A stretch of DNA of 64,000 nucleotides from positions 896,001 to 960,000 of the forward strand of contig CAWJRG010000009.1 of NCBI GenBank assembly GCA_963845185.1. The letters run 5' to 3'. The position numbers and the translations under genes are program-made. Within the stretch, counting starts at the first letter, position 1, and each line of letters opens with the position of its first letter. This DNA comes from an uncultured bacterium. GTDB lineage: Bacteria; Oederibacteriota; PGYV01; CAWJRG01. This document shows positions 9,514-20,000 of this stretch, one piece after another. The notes beneath the pieces were generated by a model. It was not told the DNA's origin, did no database searches, and worked only from the letters and a program-made list of their open reading frames with translations.

Positions 9514-11316
9514 TTACTTCGCATACAACAAAAATAAAATTTTAAATATCCGGTTTAATTCCCTGTATATTTCCATTTTTTTATCATTTTTTTCTCCATC
9601 AAGAGCCATATTATAGTAACGGATCGCGTAAAAATAAATAGCCTGCTTATCGTAAATGCCCGCCAGGCTCATTGCCGCCTGGTATAAATCAGGTTTTATG
9701 GCAAGCGCCTTTTCGTAAAAATAAACAGCATCATCCTTTCTTTCCGCCATCTCGGAAATTATTCCGAGCCTGTAATATGAGTCATACGGTTCGGCCGAAA
9801 GCCCAATCGCCTTTTTAAAACAATCGATTGCTTCATCGTATTTCCCCATCGAGCCGTAAATCATGCCCAGGTTATTATAGGTTTCGTAGCTGCCGGGTAA
9901 TAGTTCCAGAACCCTGTTATAAAGCTCAACCGCGGTTTTGTCATCGCCCATTTCCTGATAAACAAGCCCGAGGTCGTGATATGCCTGAGCGAGTCCCGGC
10001 TTTATTTTGATGATTTTCGAAAGAAAGGCAATCGCCTTGTCATATTGTCTCATTTTTTTATAGATTAATCCCAGGTTGATGTAGGCAGGCTCAAAATCAG
10101 GCTCTGCTTTAAGCGCTAACTCGTAGAATTTTACAGCTGTTTCGTTCTTGTCTTGTTCCTCAAATATATCGCCGGCTGTATTTAAAGCCTTTGCGTGTTC
10201 CGGTTCTATGGAAATTGCGATACCAAGGTATTTAAGGGCTTTTTTATATTTTTTCATTTCCTTATAAACAACCCCTGCCTGGTAATATACGTCCGGATCT
10301 TTCTTATTGAGCCGCCTTGCCTTGCTTAAAAAAGCCAGCGCCTCATTGTATTTCTTCTGCTTTTCGCAGGCTATTCCCAGGTCTATAAACACCCCGGCGC
10401 TGTCCGGTTTAATTCCTGCCGCCTGCTTCAAAATATTTTCAGCCAGTTCATAATTTTCGTTTTCAAGGAATATGAGCCCGAGCGTGTAGTATCCGTAAAA
10501 ATTTTTGTTGTCTATAAGCAGCGCGCCGGCCGCGTAATACTGCGCCTGTCTGTAAAAGCCGCTGACATCGTAAAGCACGGCAAGGTTTGCATAAGCGTCG
10601 CTGAATAAATCATCCTTCTCAATCGCAGTCTCATAATTCTGTATTGCCGCGCCCTTCATTCCGAGCAGAAAATAACAGTTCCCCCGGTAAAAATAAGCAG
10701 GCGCGGTATAAACATCTTTAAGGTATTTAATGGCAGTCTCGTAATTGTGCTTTTTATACAGAGCAAGCGCGTAAAGCCAGTTCAATCCTTCGCTTAAATC
10801 TTTTTCAGAAGTAAAAGCAAAAGATATAACCTGCATGTTTTTCTCTATTTCCGCAACCTTGAATTCCCTTAACTGTTTTAAATCCCTGTATGTGTCCTTA
10901 AAACCTCCGTCCATAATAAATATTTTGCATGTGTTCTTTTTCCCCTTGCCGGCAGGCTCGTTTACCTCGCCTGATATCACTATATCCACTCTTTTGCCTG
11001 TTTTATTGTAAACATCCAGGGCGTCGTCATATGTCTTGACATAAACATGCCTCATAATGCCCTTGTTTATCCGTGCAGGCAGGGATTTTTTGATTTTTTC
11101 CCTTATGATTTTCTCAATTATTGAAGAGTCGGCAGACTTTTTCATGTCAAAATCCCAGAACCGCGTCACTATAATGCGCAAATTGTCCCTTGTGTCCATA
11201 TACATGTCCCATGCAAAATATAAGCTCGTTGCCAGCCCTGCCAGGATAAAAACAAATAAAGTGGAATTTATTATATTATTTCTGCTCTGCAAGCTCCTGA
11301 ATTCTCTGTTATCCAT
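9514..11316 (-). CDS. Membrane-anchored TPR-repeat protein
   Basis: N-terminal TM helix and many TPR units (AYINLGLIY, AYHDLGLVY, YNNLGMIY). Confidence 0.85.
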   Translation of the reverse strand: MDNREFRSLQSRNNIINSTLFVFILAGLATSLYFAWDMYMDTRDNLRIIVTRFWDFDMKKSADSSIIEKIIREKIKKSLPARINKGIMRHVYVKTYDDALDVYNKTGKRVDIVISGEVNEPAGKGKKNTCKIFIMDGGFKDTYRDLKQLREFKVAEIEKNMQVISFAFTSEKDLSEGLNWLYALALYKKHNYETAIKYLKDVYTAPAYFYRGNCYFLLGMKGAAIQNYETAIEKDDLFSDAYANLAVLYDVSGFYRQAQYYAAGALLIDNKNFYGYYTLGLIFLENENYELAENILKQAAGIKPDSAGVFIDLGIACEKQKKYNEALAFLSKARRLNKKDPDVYYQAGVVYKEMKKYKKALKYLGIAISIEPEHAKALNTAGDIFEEQDKNETAVKFYELALKAEPDFEPAYINLGLIYKKMRQYDKAIAFLSKIIKIKPGLAQAYHDLGLVYQEMGDDKTAVELYNRVLELLPGSYETYNNLGMIYGSMGKYDEAIDCFKKAIGLSAEPYDSYYRLGIISEMAERKDDAVYFYEKALAIKPDLYQAAMSLAGIYDKQAIYFYAIRYYNMALDGEKNDKKMEIYRELNRIFKILFLLYAK

Positions 11317-11367
11317 GATGTTATTATTATAGCGTATCGGAAAGGAATTTGGAATATGATTTTACCC

Positions 11368-11470
11368 TTGATTTCGTTTACTTTGTCAAGACGCCAACAG
11401 TCGCCGGCAAAGTACTACGAAATCATGTACCCGCTCCAGTCCGAAGCCAATAGGCTGAGGACAAGCGGTA
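11368..11470 (+). repeat. Single dispersed copy of the 100-bp two-hairpin element
   Basis: TTCGTTTACTTTGTCAAGACGCCAACAG...GGCAAAGTACTACGAAATCATGTACCCGCTCCAGTCC...GGACAAGCGGTA aligns with the array unit at 20581. Confidence 0.9.
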
Positions 11471-11534
11471 TAGGAGCGGTCAAATATCCCCGCCTCTACT
11501 GGCGGGGATTTTCGCGAAGCGGGATCAAAATTAA

Positions 11535-11563
11535 AAAGCCCGGATTAAACTTCTCCGGGCTTT
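11535..11563 (-). terminator. Rho-independent terminator after the duplicated lipoprotein operon
   Basis: AAAGCCCGGA...TCCGGGCTTT perfect stem with a T-tract on the minus strand. Confidence 0.7.
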
Positions 11564-11591
11564 GAATTGATTAAAACTTTAATGATACTTA

Positions 11592-12026
11592 TTAAAATTC
11601 CTTCATTACCATTAATTCGTATTCTTTCCGAAAAGGGTTGTAATTTACTTCCACCCCGACCTTTTGCCCGCCAAACGCGTTGTGCAGCCAGAAATAATCT
11701 ACTGCCGTATAAACAAGCGCGACCCCTGCGGTTATGCCGAGGTACATCGCAGTATTGCTTTTCATGTCCACCTTTGCCTTTTCATATAAAAGCCTGTAAT
11801 AATTTTCCTGAGTTGTGTTGTCTATGCTGCTTTTCAATGCTGCATAATTATCGGCTGCGTTTCTCTCATCCATTACAGCCCATATTGTTGTTCCGCTAAA
11901 AATAACATCAGCGCCTATCAAAGTCCAGCCATAACCGTTCATTCCGCTATTCCCGCCGAGGTCCGTTGCCTGAAGCGCAGGATAAAAAGCTGCGAATAAC
12001 AAAAACATTATCATTATTTTTTTCAT
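11592..12026 (-). CDS. Secreted/membrane hypothetical protein (copy 2), C-terminal Phe
   Basis: 144 aa, signal peptide, two hydrophobic segments; 130/144 identical to 13153..13587. Confidence 0.8.
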   Translation of the reverse strand: MKKIMIMFLLFAAFYPALQATDLGGNSGMNGYGWTLIGADVIFSGTTIWAVMDERNAADNYAALKSSIDNTTQENYYRLLYEKAKVDMKSNTAMYLGITAGVALVYTAVDYFWLHNAFGGQKVGVEVNYNPFRKEYELMVMKEF

Positions 12027-12051
12027 TTAATCACCCCTGTTTTAATTTTTT

Positions 12052-13101
12052 TCACTGGACATATATTCCTGTTGCCACTCCATATGTACCTACTGGCAAA
12101 TCCACTTTATCGTTATTTGCCCAGTAACAAGGAATATCATCCGTGCCATTATAATAATAACCGGCTGTATATACTATACCACCTGACACATATATTGAAT
12201 ATGTCATTGCATCTCCATTTATACCGCTACCGGCTAAATCTGTCCTTGCAATTCCCGCCCAGTAGCAAGCAATATTTTTTCCGCCGTCGTTATAGTATCC
12301 GGATGTATATACTGTCCCTCCTGATACATTTATTGAATTTGCAATCCCGTAATGCGTTGAAACCCCATCACCTGGCAAATCCGTCTTTACAAAACCCGTC
12401 CAGTAACAAGGGACAGAATAACCGTAATTGTAATAATACCCTGCGGTATATATTGTACCTCCCGACACATATATGGAAGTTGCGTATGCATTGTTTGTGC
12501 TTACCAGCAAATCAGTCTTTATTATACCCGTCCAGATGCAGGGTATTGTTGTACTGCCGTTATAATAATCGCCGGCTGTATATACTGTACCTCCTGATAC
12601 ATATGTTGAATTTACATTTGCGCCATTTATATTATTCAGTAAATCCGTTCTTGTCGTCCCTGTCCAGTAACACGGAATATAATAACTGCCGTTATAATAA
12701 TTCCCGGCTGTATATACTGTACCTCCTGATACATATATAGAAGTCACATTTGCTTCATTATTAATCCCCGGCGGTAAATCCGTTTTTGTCGTCCCCGTCC
12801 AGTAACACGGAACATCATAACTGCCGTTAGAATAACTGCCTGCCGTGTATACCGTTCCTCCCGAAACGCATATTGAAGACGCAGATGCGCCGTACAATCC
12901 GTTTCCAGCCAAATCTGTCCTTGTTGTACCCGCCCAGTAACACGGTATTGTTAAGCTGCCGTTATAATAACTGCCTGCTGAATAAACTGTCGGGCCTTTT
13001 GCAGGTGCAGGCACGGTAGGAGCCGCGGCTTGCTTGCACCCGTTTGTTAACAAAGCAAAAGTTATTAGTAAAAGCATCAATAAAAAAATAGTTTTTTTCA
13101 T
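12052..13101 (-). CDS. Lipoprotein with seven ~45-aa repeats (probable 7-bladed beta-propeller)
   Basis: Lipobox LTNGC; seven SIYVSGGTVYTAG..Y...IPCYWTG..RTDL units. Confidence 0.8.
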   Translation of the reverse strand: MKKTIFLLMLLLITFALLTNGCKQAAAPTVPAPAKGPTVYSAGSYYNGSLTIPCYWAGTTRTDLAGNGLYGASASSICVSGGTVYTAGSYSNGSYDVPCYWTGTTKTDLPPGINNEANVTSIYVSGGTVYTAGNYYNGSYYIPCYWTGTTRTDLLNNINGANVNSTYVSGGTVYTAGDYYNGSTTIPCIWTGIIKTDLLVSTNNAYATSIYVSGGTIYTAGYYYNYGYSVPCYWTGFVKTDLPGDGVSTHYGIANSINVSGGTVYTSGYYNDGGKNIACYWAGIARTDLAGSGINGDAMTYSIYVSGGIVYTAGYYYNGTDDIPCYWANNDKVDLPVGTYGVATGIYVQ

Positions 13102-13152
13102 ATTCCCTCCCTAAATCATTTTAATAACTTACACATTATGTCAAACGTTATT

Positions 13153-13587
13153 TTAAAAATCCTTTTTTACCATTAATATATATTCTTTTTGAAAAGGGTT
13201 GTAATTTACTTCCACCCCGACCTTTTGCCCGCCAAACGCGGTGTGCAGCCAGAAATAATCTACTGCCGTATAAACAAGCGCGGCCCCTGCGGTTATGCCG
13301 AGGTACATCGCAGTATTGCTCTTGCTGTCCACCTTTGCTTTTTCATATAAAAGCCTGTAATAATTTTCCTGGGTTGTGTTGTCTATGTTGTTTTTCAGCG
13401 CGGCATAGCTGTCAGCCGAGTTCCTCTCGTCCATTACAGCCCATATGGTTGCTCCGCTAAAAACCACATCAGCGCCTATCAAAGTCCAGCCATAACCGTT
13501 CATTCCGCTATTCCCGCCGAGATCCGTTGCCTGAAGTGCAGGATAAAAAGCTGCTAATAACAAAAACATTATCATTATTTTTTTCAT
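13153..13587 (-). CDS. Secreted/membrane hypothetical protein (copy 1), C-terminal Phe
   Basis: Paralog of 11592..12026 with the same RBS context (CAGGGGTGATTAA ATG). Confidence 0.8.
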   Translation of the reverse strand: MKKIMIMFLLLAAFYPALQATDLGGNSGMNGYGWTLIGADVVFSGATIWAVMDERNSADSYAALKNNIDNTTQENYYRLLYEKAKVDSKSNTAMYLGITAGAALVYTAVDYFWLHTAFGGQKVGVEVNYNPFQKEYILMVKKDF

Positions 13588-13611
13588 TTAATCACCCCTG
13601 TTTTGATTTTT

Positions 13612-14688
13612 TCACTGGACATATATCGCGTATGCCCACGCGCCATTTGTGCTTCCCTGCAAATCAGTTTCTGTTGTGCCTGTCCAGTAGCACGGGACAT
13701 CATAACTGCCGTTATAGTGATAGCCAACTATGTATGTTACCCCATTTTTCACAAATATTGTTTCAGCGGCTCCTGCGCTGGTGGTTAAATCCGTCTTTAC
13801 CGGGTTAGCTCCTATCGCTGTCCAGTAACACGGGATGCTTTTAAGACCTAAATCATAAAAACCACAAATATTTATTATCCCGTTTGCTACATCTATTGAA
13901 TATGCGGATGCGCTGCTTGTGTCTCCCGGCAAATCTGTCACTATTGCCGACCCTGTCCCAGTCACTGTCCAATAACATGGATTAAAATCACCTTCAAAGT
14001 CGCCGGTATTATAAAAACCCGCAGCATATATTATCCCGTTAGACACGCATATGGCATTTGCCCTTGATCCATTTGTATTTCCAGGCAAATCCGTCCTTGT
14101 TGTCCCTGTCCAGTAACACGGGATATTTATGGTGCCGTCATTATAATAACCTCCCGTATATATTATACCTCCTGATACACATATTGATAGTACCTCTGCG
14201 TCGTCTGCTCCATCCCCTGCCAAATCTTGCTTTGATGTATCTGTCCAGTAACATGGAATTAATTTAATGCCATCATTATAAGAACCTGCCGTATAAACAG
14301 TCCCGTTTGATACACTCATTGAATACGCGTATCCATTGTAACCGGCACACGGTAAAATTGTTTGAGTTGTCCCTGTCCAGTAACAAGGTTGAAGATAAGA
14401 GTTATTGTCATAGTAACCAGCCGTATATACCGTGTTTCCAGATACATATATTGAATATACATTATCGTCGGCCCCGCTTCCCGGCAAATCTGTCTTTTGT
14501 GTCCCTTTCCAATAACACGCAATATTATTTAATCCGTCAGGAGAATAACTGCCCGCTGTATATATTGGCGAGTTATTTACTGGCGTAGCAGCCCCAGGCA
14601 CGGTAGGAGTTGCGGCCGGCTTACAACCGTTTATTAAAAAAGCAACAACTATTACAAGAATCACCAATAAAAAAACATTCTTTTTCAT
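13612..14688 (-). CDS. Lipoprotein with seven PCYW repeats (probable beta-propeller), paralog of 12052..13101
   Basis: Likely start MKKNV at 14688 after GGAGGG; lipobox LINGC; seven xxCYW units. Confidence 0.8.
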   Translation of the reverse strand: MKKNVFLLVILVIVVAFLINGCKPAATPTVPGAATPVNNSPIYTAGSYSPDGLNNIACYWKGTQKTDLPGSGADDNVYSIYVSGNTVYTAGYYDNNSYLQPCYWTGTTQTILPCAGYNGYAYSMSVSNGTVYTAGSYNDGIKLIPCYWTDTSKQDLAGDGADDAEVLSICVSGGIIYTGGYYNDGTINIPCYWTGTTRTDLPGNTNGSRANAICVSNGIIYAAGFYNTGDFEGDFNPCYWTVTGTGSAIVTDLPGDTSSASAYSIDVANGIINICGFYDLGLKSIPCYWTAIGANPVKTDLTTSAGAAETIFVKNGVTYIVGYHYNGSYDVPCYWTGTTETDLQGSTNGAWAYAIYVQ

Positions 14689-14763
14689 ATTTCCCTCCTG
14701 AAAAACATTTTTATGACTCATATATTTTACTTAACATTATTTAAATCGTTTTGAACTTGCTTT

Positions 14764-14791
14764 ATTATATAATTAAATGCTTTTTTGTCAA
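14764..14791 (-). promoter_or_regulatory. Sigma70-type promoter for the lipoprotein operon
   Basis: Minus strand TTGACA (14791-14786), 16 bp, TATAAT (14769-14764). Confidence 0.55.
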
Positions 14792-14823
14792 TAAATAATA
14801 CCTGTAAGATGGTGTACACTATT

Positions 14824-15054
14824 GTGTGTAATTTCAAAAACAAATAACCTCTCTCCCCTTGAGGAGTTAAATAATCCGGTGGATTATTTAACGGGTAGAA
14901 GTCATCTGGATATTTCGATGAATGCTTTTCTACCCAGAGTCAGAGTGAGGGGTGCAGAGAAACCGTGAAAATTTTCACCCTCACCCATCCCTCTCCCTTC
15001 GAGGGAGAGGGAAAAAATTCCTTTTAGATAATAGTAAAAATTGAAATTACACAC
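14824..15054. mobile_element. MITE-like element with 14-bp perfect terminal inverted repeats and nested palindromic elements
   Basis: GTGTGTAATTTCAA (14824-14837) / TTGAAATTACACAC (15041-15054); contains CCCTCACC..CCCTCTCCC..GGGAGAGGG-type palindromes and a type-C element at 14866-14935. Confidence 0.65.
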
Positions 15055-15161
15055 TTTTTTATTCATTATCTACCTGTAATAATTCTCATTACCACGGGAT
15101 TTGCTTTTTCTCGGATCGGAATAAAATAATAGGTATCGTTTTGATTATTAAAAAACAGCTC

Positions 15162-16931
15162 TTACTTCACCACTGCCATCTTTCCCCATTGTTTTTTCTT
15201 TTCGTTTCCGCTTACTGCCTCCACGCTGTAAATATATATACCGCTCGCTATTGACATGCCGCTTTTATTTTTACTATCCCAGTAAATGCTGTTCATCCCC
15301 TGCGCCCCCTGCTGCTCCAGTTCCCTCACCACTTCGCCGCTGATGGTGTATATCTTCACCTTTATTTCGGCCTGGCTGCATAGGTCAAAGATAAAATACG
15401 TGCCTTCAGCAAACGGGTTCGGCGAGTTCCTGTAAAGAGTCAGACACAAAGGAAGCCATGTTGGGGTCGGCGTTGGAGGTATGGTCAAAGTAGCTGTTGC
15501 GGTAAATGTTGTGGATGTTACAGCCGTGGCCGTTATGGTCCACGTGGGTGTTATCGTGGCTGTCAGGGTGCCGGATGCTGAAATTGTATAAGTTGGAGTG
15601 GCGCTGAGCGTTGCCGAAACTGTCGGGGTCGCGCAGGTCATCAGTGCCCCGGCCTGGTTCGTGGTCATGAATGTGGAATTGTTCCAGCCCCCAACTGTGT
15701 AAAGCACCCCGTTGACAGCCTTCACGCCCTGCCCTGCCCCAATGTTTGGCATGGAGGTAATGGTTGTCCAGGTGTTTAAACCCGGGTCATAGGCCATCAC
15801 TGCGTTGCCGATGATTGTACTGCACCCTCCGGCCACGTAGAAAAGACCGTTCATCACGTCCCCGCCCGTGTCTTCTTCACCTGTGGGCATTGGCGCCAGC
15901 CCCGTGGTCCAGGTATTGGTCGCGGGGTTGTAGGCTTCCAGCGTGGTCAGCGACATTCCAGTCAATATGAAACTGGCGCTGGCGCTCCCGCCTGCCGCGT
16001 AAATGATCCCGTTCACCACGCCAGCCGAGAATTGGCAGCGGGCCGTGGGCATCGCGGCCAGCCCCGTGGTCCATGTATTGGTCGCGGGATTGTAGGCCTC
16101 AACCGTGTTCAGTGGATTGGCGCCGGCGTCATTGCCGCCTATTGCGTAGATGATTCCGTTCACCACTGCCACGGACAAATTGCAGCGGCTTGTGGGCATT
16201 GGCGCCAGCGATGTCCATGTGTTTGTGGATGGGTTGTAGGCCTCAACCGTATTGAGGACGGTTGTCCCATTGTACCCGCCGATGGCGTAAATGATGCCGT
16301 TCACTGCTTCAACTGCCAGGTCTTCCCTGCCCGTAGGCATTGGCGCCAGGGATGTCCATGTATTGGTCGCAGGGTTGTAGGCTTCCAGCGTGGTCAGGTT
16401 GTCGCCGGATATGTTCTGCCCGCCCACGGCGTATAGGATGCCGTTCACCTGGCACGCAGCCAGCCTGTCCCGGCCCGTGGGCATAGGCGCCTTCACTATC
16501 CAGCTCAGGTTTCCAGAGGAACAGGCCGTTGCCGTAATTGTCGGTGTTGCCTTAACTGTAGGCGATGTTGTCAAAAGGCTTGTATCATTTGTGTTTGTGG
16601 CCGTAACCGATGATGTATCCGTAGGTGTCGGGGTTGCCGTATTTGTCGCCGTAATTGTTTGGGTTTCTGAAACAGTAAGCGTATCTGTGATTGTCGGCGG
16701 AGTTCCTGTTATGGTTGGAGTGGCAGACGGCGCCGAGAATGGACAAAGATATATCAATATTCTGCTCCTGTCAAGGTCGGTCACATACAGATTGTTCTGG
16801 TCGTCAAATGTTGCTGAGTAAGGCATTGATCCGTAATCCATGAGCTGGCCGCTTGGATTGTCTTGTGTCAGCGGGTTTTTCAGTATTTGCGGGAACCTGG
16901 AGCCTGTATATCCGTTCATGCCTACGACCAT
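15162..16931 (-). CDS. Kelch-repeat protein with TPT linkers and C-terminal FlgD-Ig-like domain; probably 5'-truncated
   Basis: Six Kelch units (VNGIIYAIGG...VEAYNP.TNTW..LAPMPT); SPNPF...WDSKNKSG...SGIYIY C-terminus; no signal peptide; N-terminus looks like the tail of an NHL repeat (NLYVTDLDRSRILIY). Confidence 0.8.
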   Translation of the reverse strand: MVVGMNGYTGSRFPQILKNPLTQDNPSGQLMDYGSMPYSATFDDQNNLYVTDLDRSRILIYLCPFSAPSATPTITGTPPTITDTLTVSETQTITATNTATPTPTDTSSVTATNTNDTSLLTTSPTVKATPTITATACSSGNLSWIVKAPMPTGRDRLAACQVNGILYAVGGQNISGDNLTTLEAYNPATNTWTSLAPMPTGREDLAVEAVNGIIYAIGGYNGTTVLNTVEAYNPSTNTWTSLAPMPTSRCNLSVAVVNGIIYAIGGNDAGANPLNTVEAYNPATNTWTTGLAAMPTARCQFSAGVVNGIIYAAGGSASASFILTGMSLTTLEAYNPATNTWTTGLAPMPTGEEDTGGDVMNGLFYVAGGCSTIIGNAVMAYDPGLNTWTTITSMPNIGAGQGVKAVNGVLYTVGGWNNSTFMTTNQAGALMTCATPTVSATLSATPTYTISASGTLTATITPTWTITATAVTSTTFTATATLTIPPTPTPTWLPLCLTLYRNSPNPFAEGTYFIFDLCSQAEIKVKIYTISGEVVRELEQQGAQGMNSIYWDSKNKSGMSIASGIYIYSVEAVSGNEKKKQWGKMAVVK

Positions 16932-17032
16932 TACGCTTTTATTGTTTTCTATATATATTAGACAAATTTATTATAAAAAAGTTTCAAAAAACAATATTAT
17001 TATTTTACCCCTTTATAATAAATTAAAAATTT

Positions 17033-20000
17033 TTATTTTAAAATTATTATTACTCCAGTTTTGGATTTTACCTGCTTGCCGGCCTGCTTTGCAGTTAATA
17101 TATAATAATAAGTGCCATCCGCCAGATTGCTGAAATTCGCTTTGTCAACAGTTTCTGTTTTTTCATCGCTTGATGCAGAGTCGCTGCCTGATACAATTAT
17201 TACCTTTATCAGCCTGAATGCAATTGTATAAATCCTTATATCAACCTCGTCAGTATCCTGTGCGATTGTATAGCCTATGCTCAAGTTTCCCAAGTTGGGA
17301 TTATATGGATTAGGCCAGACATTAATTACTGTTATCCCTGGTGTAATGGTCGGTATTATGCAGGGACATGTCATCGAAAACGTAGGTGAAACATTCGGCG
17401 TGGCAGTATAAGTCAAAGTTATTGTGTATGTGCGGGTGATAGTAAGGCTTGTGGTGGGTGTTTTTGTTATGGTATAGGTCAATGTCACAGTATTTGAATA
17501 AGTTGGCGTTAACGTATTTGTATATGTGAGAGTGACAGAATATTTGTAAGTAGGCGTGAAAGTATAAGTGTATGTGCCTGTATATGTCGGCGTCGCTGTA
17601 TCTGTCGGTGTCATTGTATATGTAGGCGTATACGTTACTGATAATATAACCACAGTATAAGTCATCGTTATCGTGTATGAAGGCGTTATTGTTAATGTGC
17701 ATGTAAATGTATAAGTTTCCGTCAGTGTTGTAGTCATGGTTATGGTCGGCGTGTCTGTCTCTGTCGGCGGCGTGCCTGTTATGGTCGGCGTTGGCGAGAC
17801 AATTTCGGTTTCCGTAGGAGTCGCCGTCATGGTATTTGTCGGTGTAGAACTTGGCGTGTTTGTCAATGTTGTTGTAATTGTATATGTCGGTGTATTTGTC
17901 CTTGTCGTTGTGCTTGTTCCTGTTGTAGTAAGCGTGCTTGTTTCTGTTGTTGTTAAAGTCATAGTGTTCTTTGGTGTGTTTGTCAACGTCATCGCAACTG
18001 TATTTGTCAACGTCGTTGTCCTTGTTACAGTAAAAGTCTGCGTTAGTGTCCGCGAATATACCGGCGTATTGGTCGGTGTGCCCGGGTATCCTTCCAGCCT
18101 TATATTGTCTATATCCACGGTAAAATTATCCGTGGAAGCCACGCTTGCGGTAAAAGCCAGGAAAGTAATCTGGGTTTGCCCCGCGTCAATCACAGCCGAA
18201 AGCGGTATCCTGACAGTTGACCATGTAGTGGTACTTAAAGTGCCTCCGCCCACAATATAAGCCGCAGGGTCTACATTTATTGCCCAGTTTGTATCCGCGG
18301 TCAGGTACATCTGGCCGACAGGGTTTGGGCTGGACGCATCCTCTTTCATGTTAAATGTCAGGTACAAATTTGTGCCTATATTTTTAGGGTTGTTAAGCGT
18401 CCACCAGAGCTGCTGCCAGTATCCCGCCACGTTTGTGTATGTAAGCAGCATCATGTTTCCCAGGTCGCCGCCTGTCACCTGCGTCATCGTGCCCGGAGCA
18501 GTATTATTCACTGTCCCGTCGCTTAGCGTGGCTCCTGCAGTGTCGCCGTCATAAATTATGGTTGCCACAAGCGCCGGCGTAACAGTAAATGTAGGAGTAA
18601 TTGTGTATGTTGCGCTCCGGGTGTAGGTCGGAGTCTGCGTCCACGGAGGCGTGATGGTTTTTGTCAATGTGAAGGTTGTTGTCTGCGTTATGGAAACCAC
18701 AGGCGTGTTCGTAGGCGTGGTGTTTGATTTTATAATGAAATGCATTGCCGAGTACGCGGGCATGTTGTAAGAAAAATAGTTGTTGTTTATCGCTACAGTC
18801 GACCTGGCTGTTATGGTATAGCTTGTCTGGTCAAAACCGTAAACCTGCATTGTGGTATATGTCTGCGAGCTGGTTATGGTTATGTTTGCCGGCTGCGCCG
18901 TATTATATTTATTGACTATTATCATGTGTATCGTGGACAGGTCGGAGCCGTTTATTGAGGCGTAAACCGATATTGTAGAAGTATCGGAATCTGCCTGTAT
19001 ATTCGTGTTGCCGAAAGTTGATTTTGCGCCGTCATAATTCCTGTACATTTTAAAAGCAGCCGCAGAATACCCGCCCTCATCTACAGGCCACAAAGTCGCA
19101 AGATATACTCCGTATTTCCCGCATATGCCCAGAAAGTCGGTGTCAGTCAGCCCTCCTGAAAACTCCCTGCCTGCTCCAAAATTCCACTCTGAAAAAGAAA
19201 TCTTTGTGCCCGGGAAATACTGATTAATGGACTGCTGTATTAAGGGAATAAGTGGCGTGTACTGCAGGAAATATGGATTAATCCAGCTATTTTCAGCGTA
19301 ACCGGTTTCCCATAATGTCCTTGTTGCGTTCATCCTGGCCACATCATTTGCCGCTGTCAAATAAGTTGAGCAACCATTATCCGTTACCCTGCATGTACCG
19401 TCAGTCGCTTCGGAATAATAATGAAAATCCAATACATCAATAGGCTTTTTCCCGGTTGCCTGATAGGACTGGTTCATCATGTAAAGATAATATGACACAA
19501 ACCAAATATAATTTGTATTTAACGCAGTAGTCCAGTCTGGCGCACCGTTTAAATTTATGTAGTCGCTCCACCCGAAAAATACTCCGCCGAAAATCATGCA
19601 ATATGGGTCCACGTTTTTTATTGCGCCGCCCAATGCAATTGAATCATTGACATATTCATTACATGTTACATGATTAGGGTGCAAATACGGATGCGTACCG
19701 TTCCATATGCCAGGCTCGTTGTCAAGGTCGTAAAATTTGACGCCTGTGGATGTCGAGGCATTGCCGAAAGTCTGCACGAGATACCACACCGATTCATCCA
19801 TGTAAACAGCGTCATCCGTCGTATTTGGCGGATAAGTAAAAGGGCTGCCCTTCGTGTAATATATCGGGTGCCATCTTGACGATGGCGCGGTCTGGGCAGC
19901 CGTCACATCCCCGTTCATATCAGCCGCTACATATCCTGCCATTGGTATTGTCACGAGCGACGCATAGCCTTTTGAATTATTAGTGCTTACGAAATACTGG

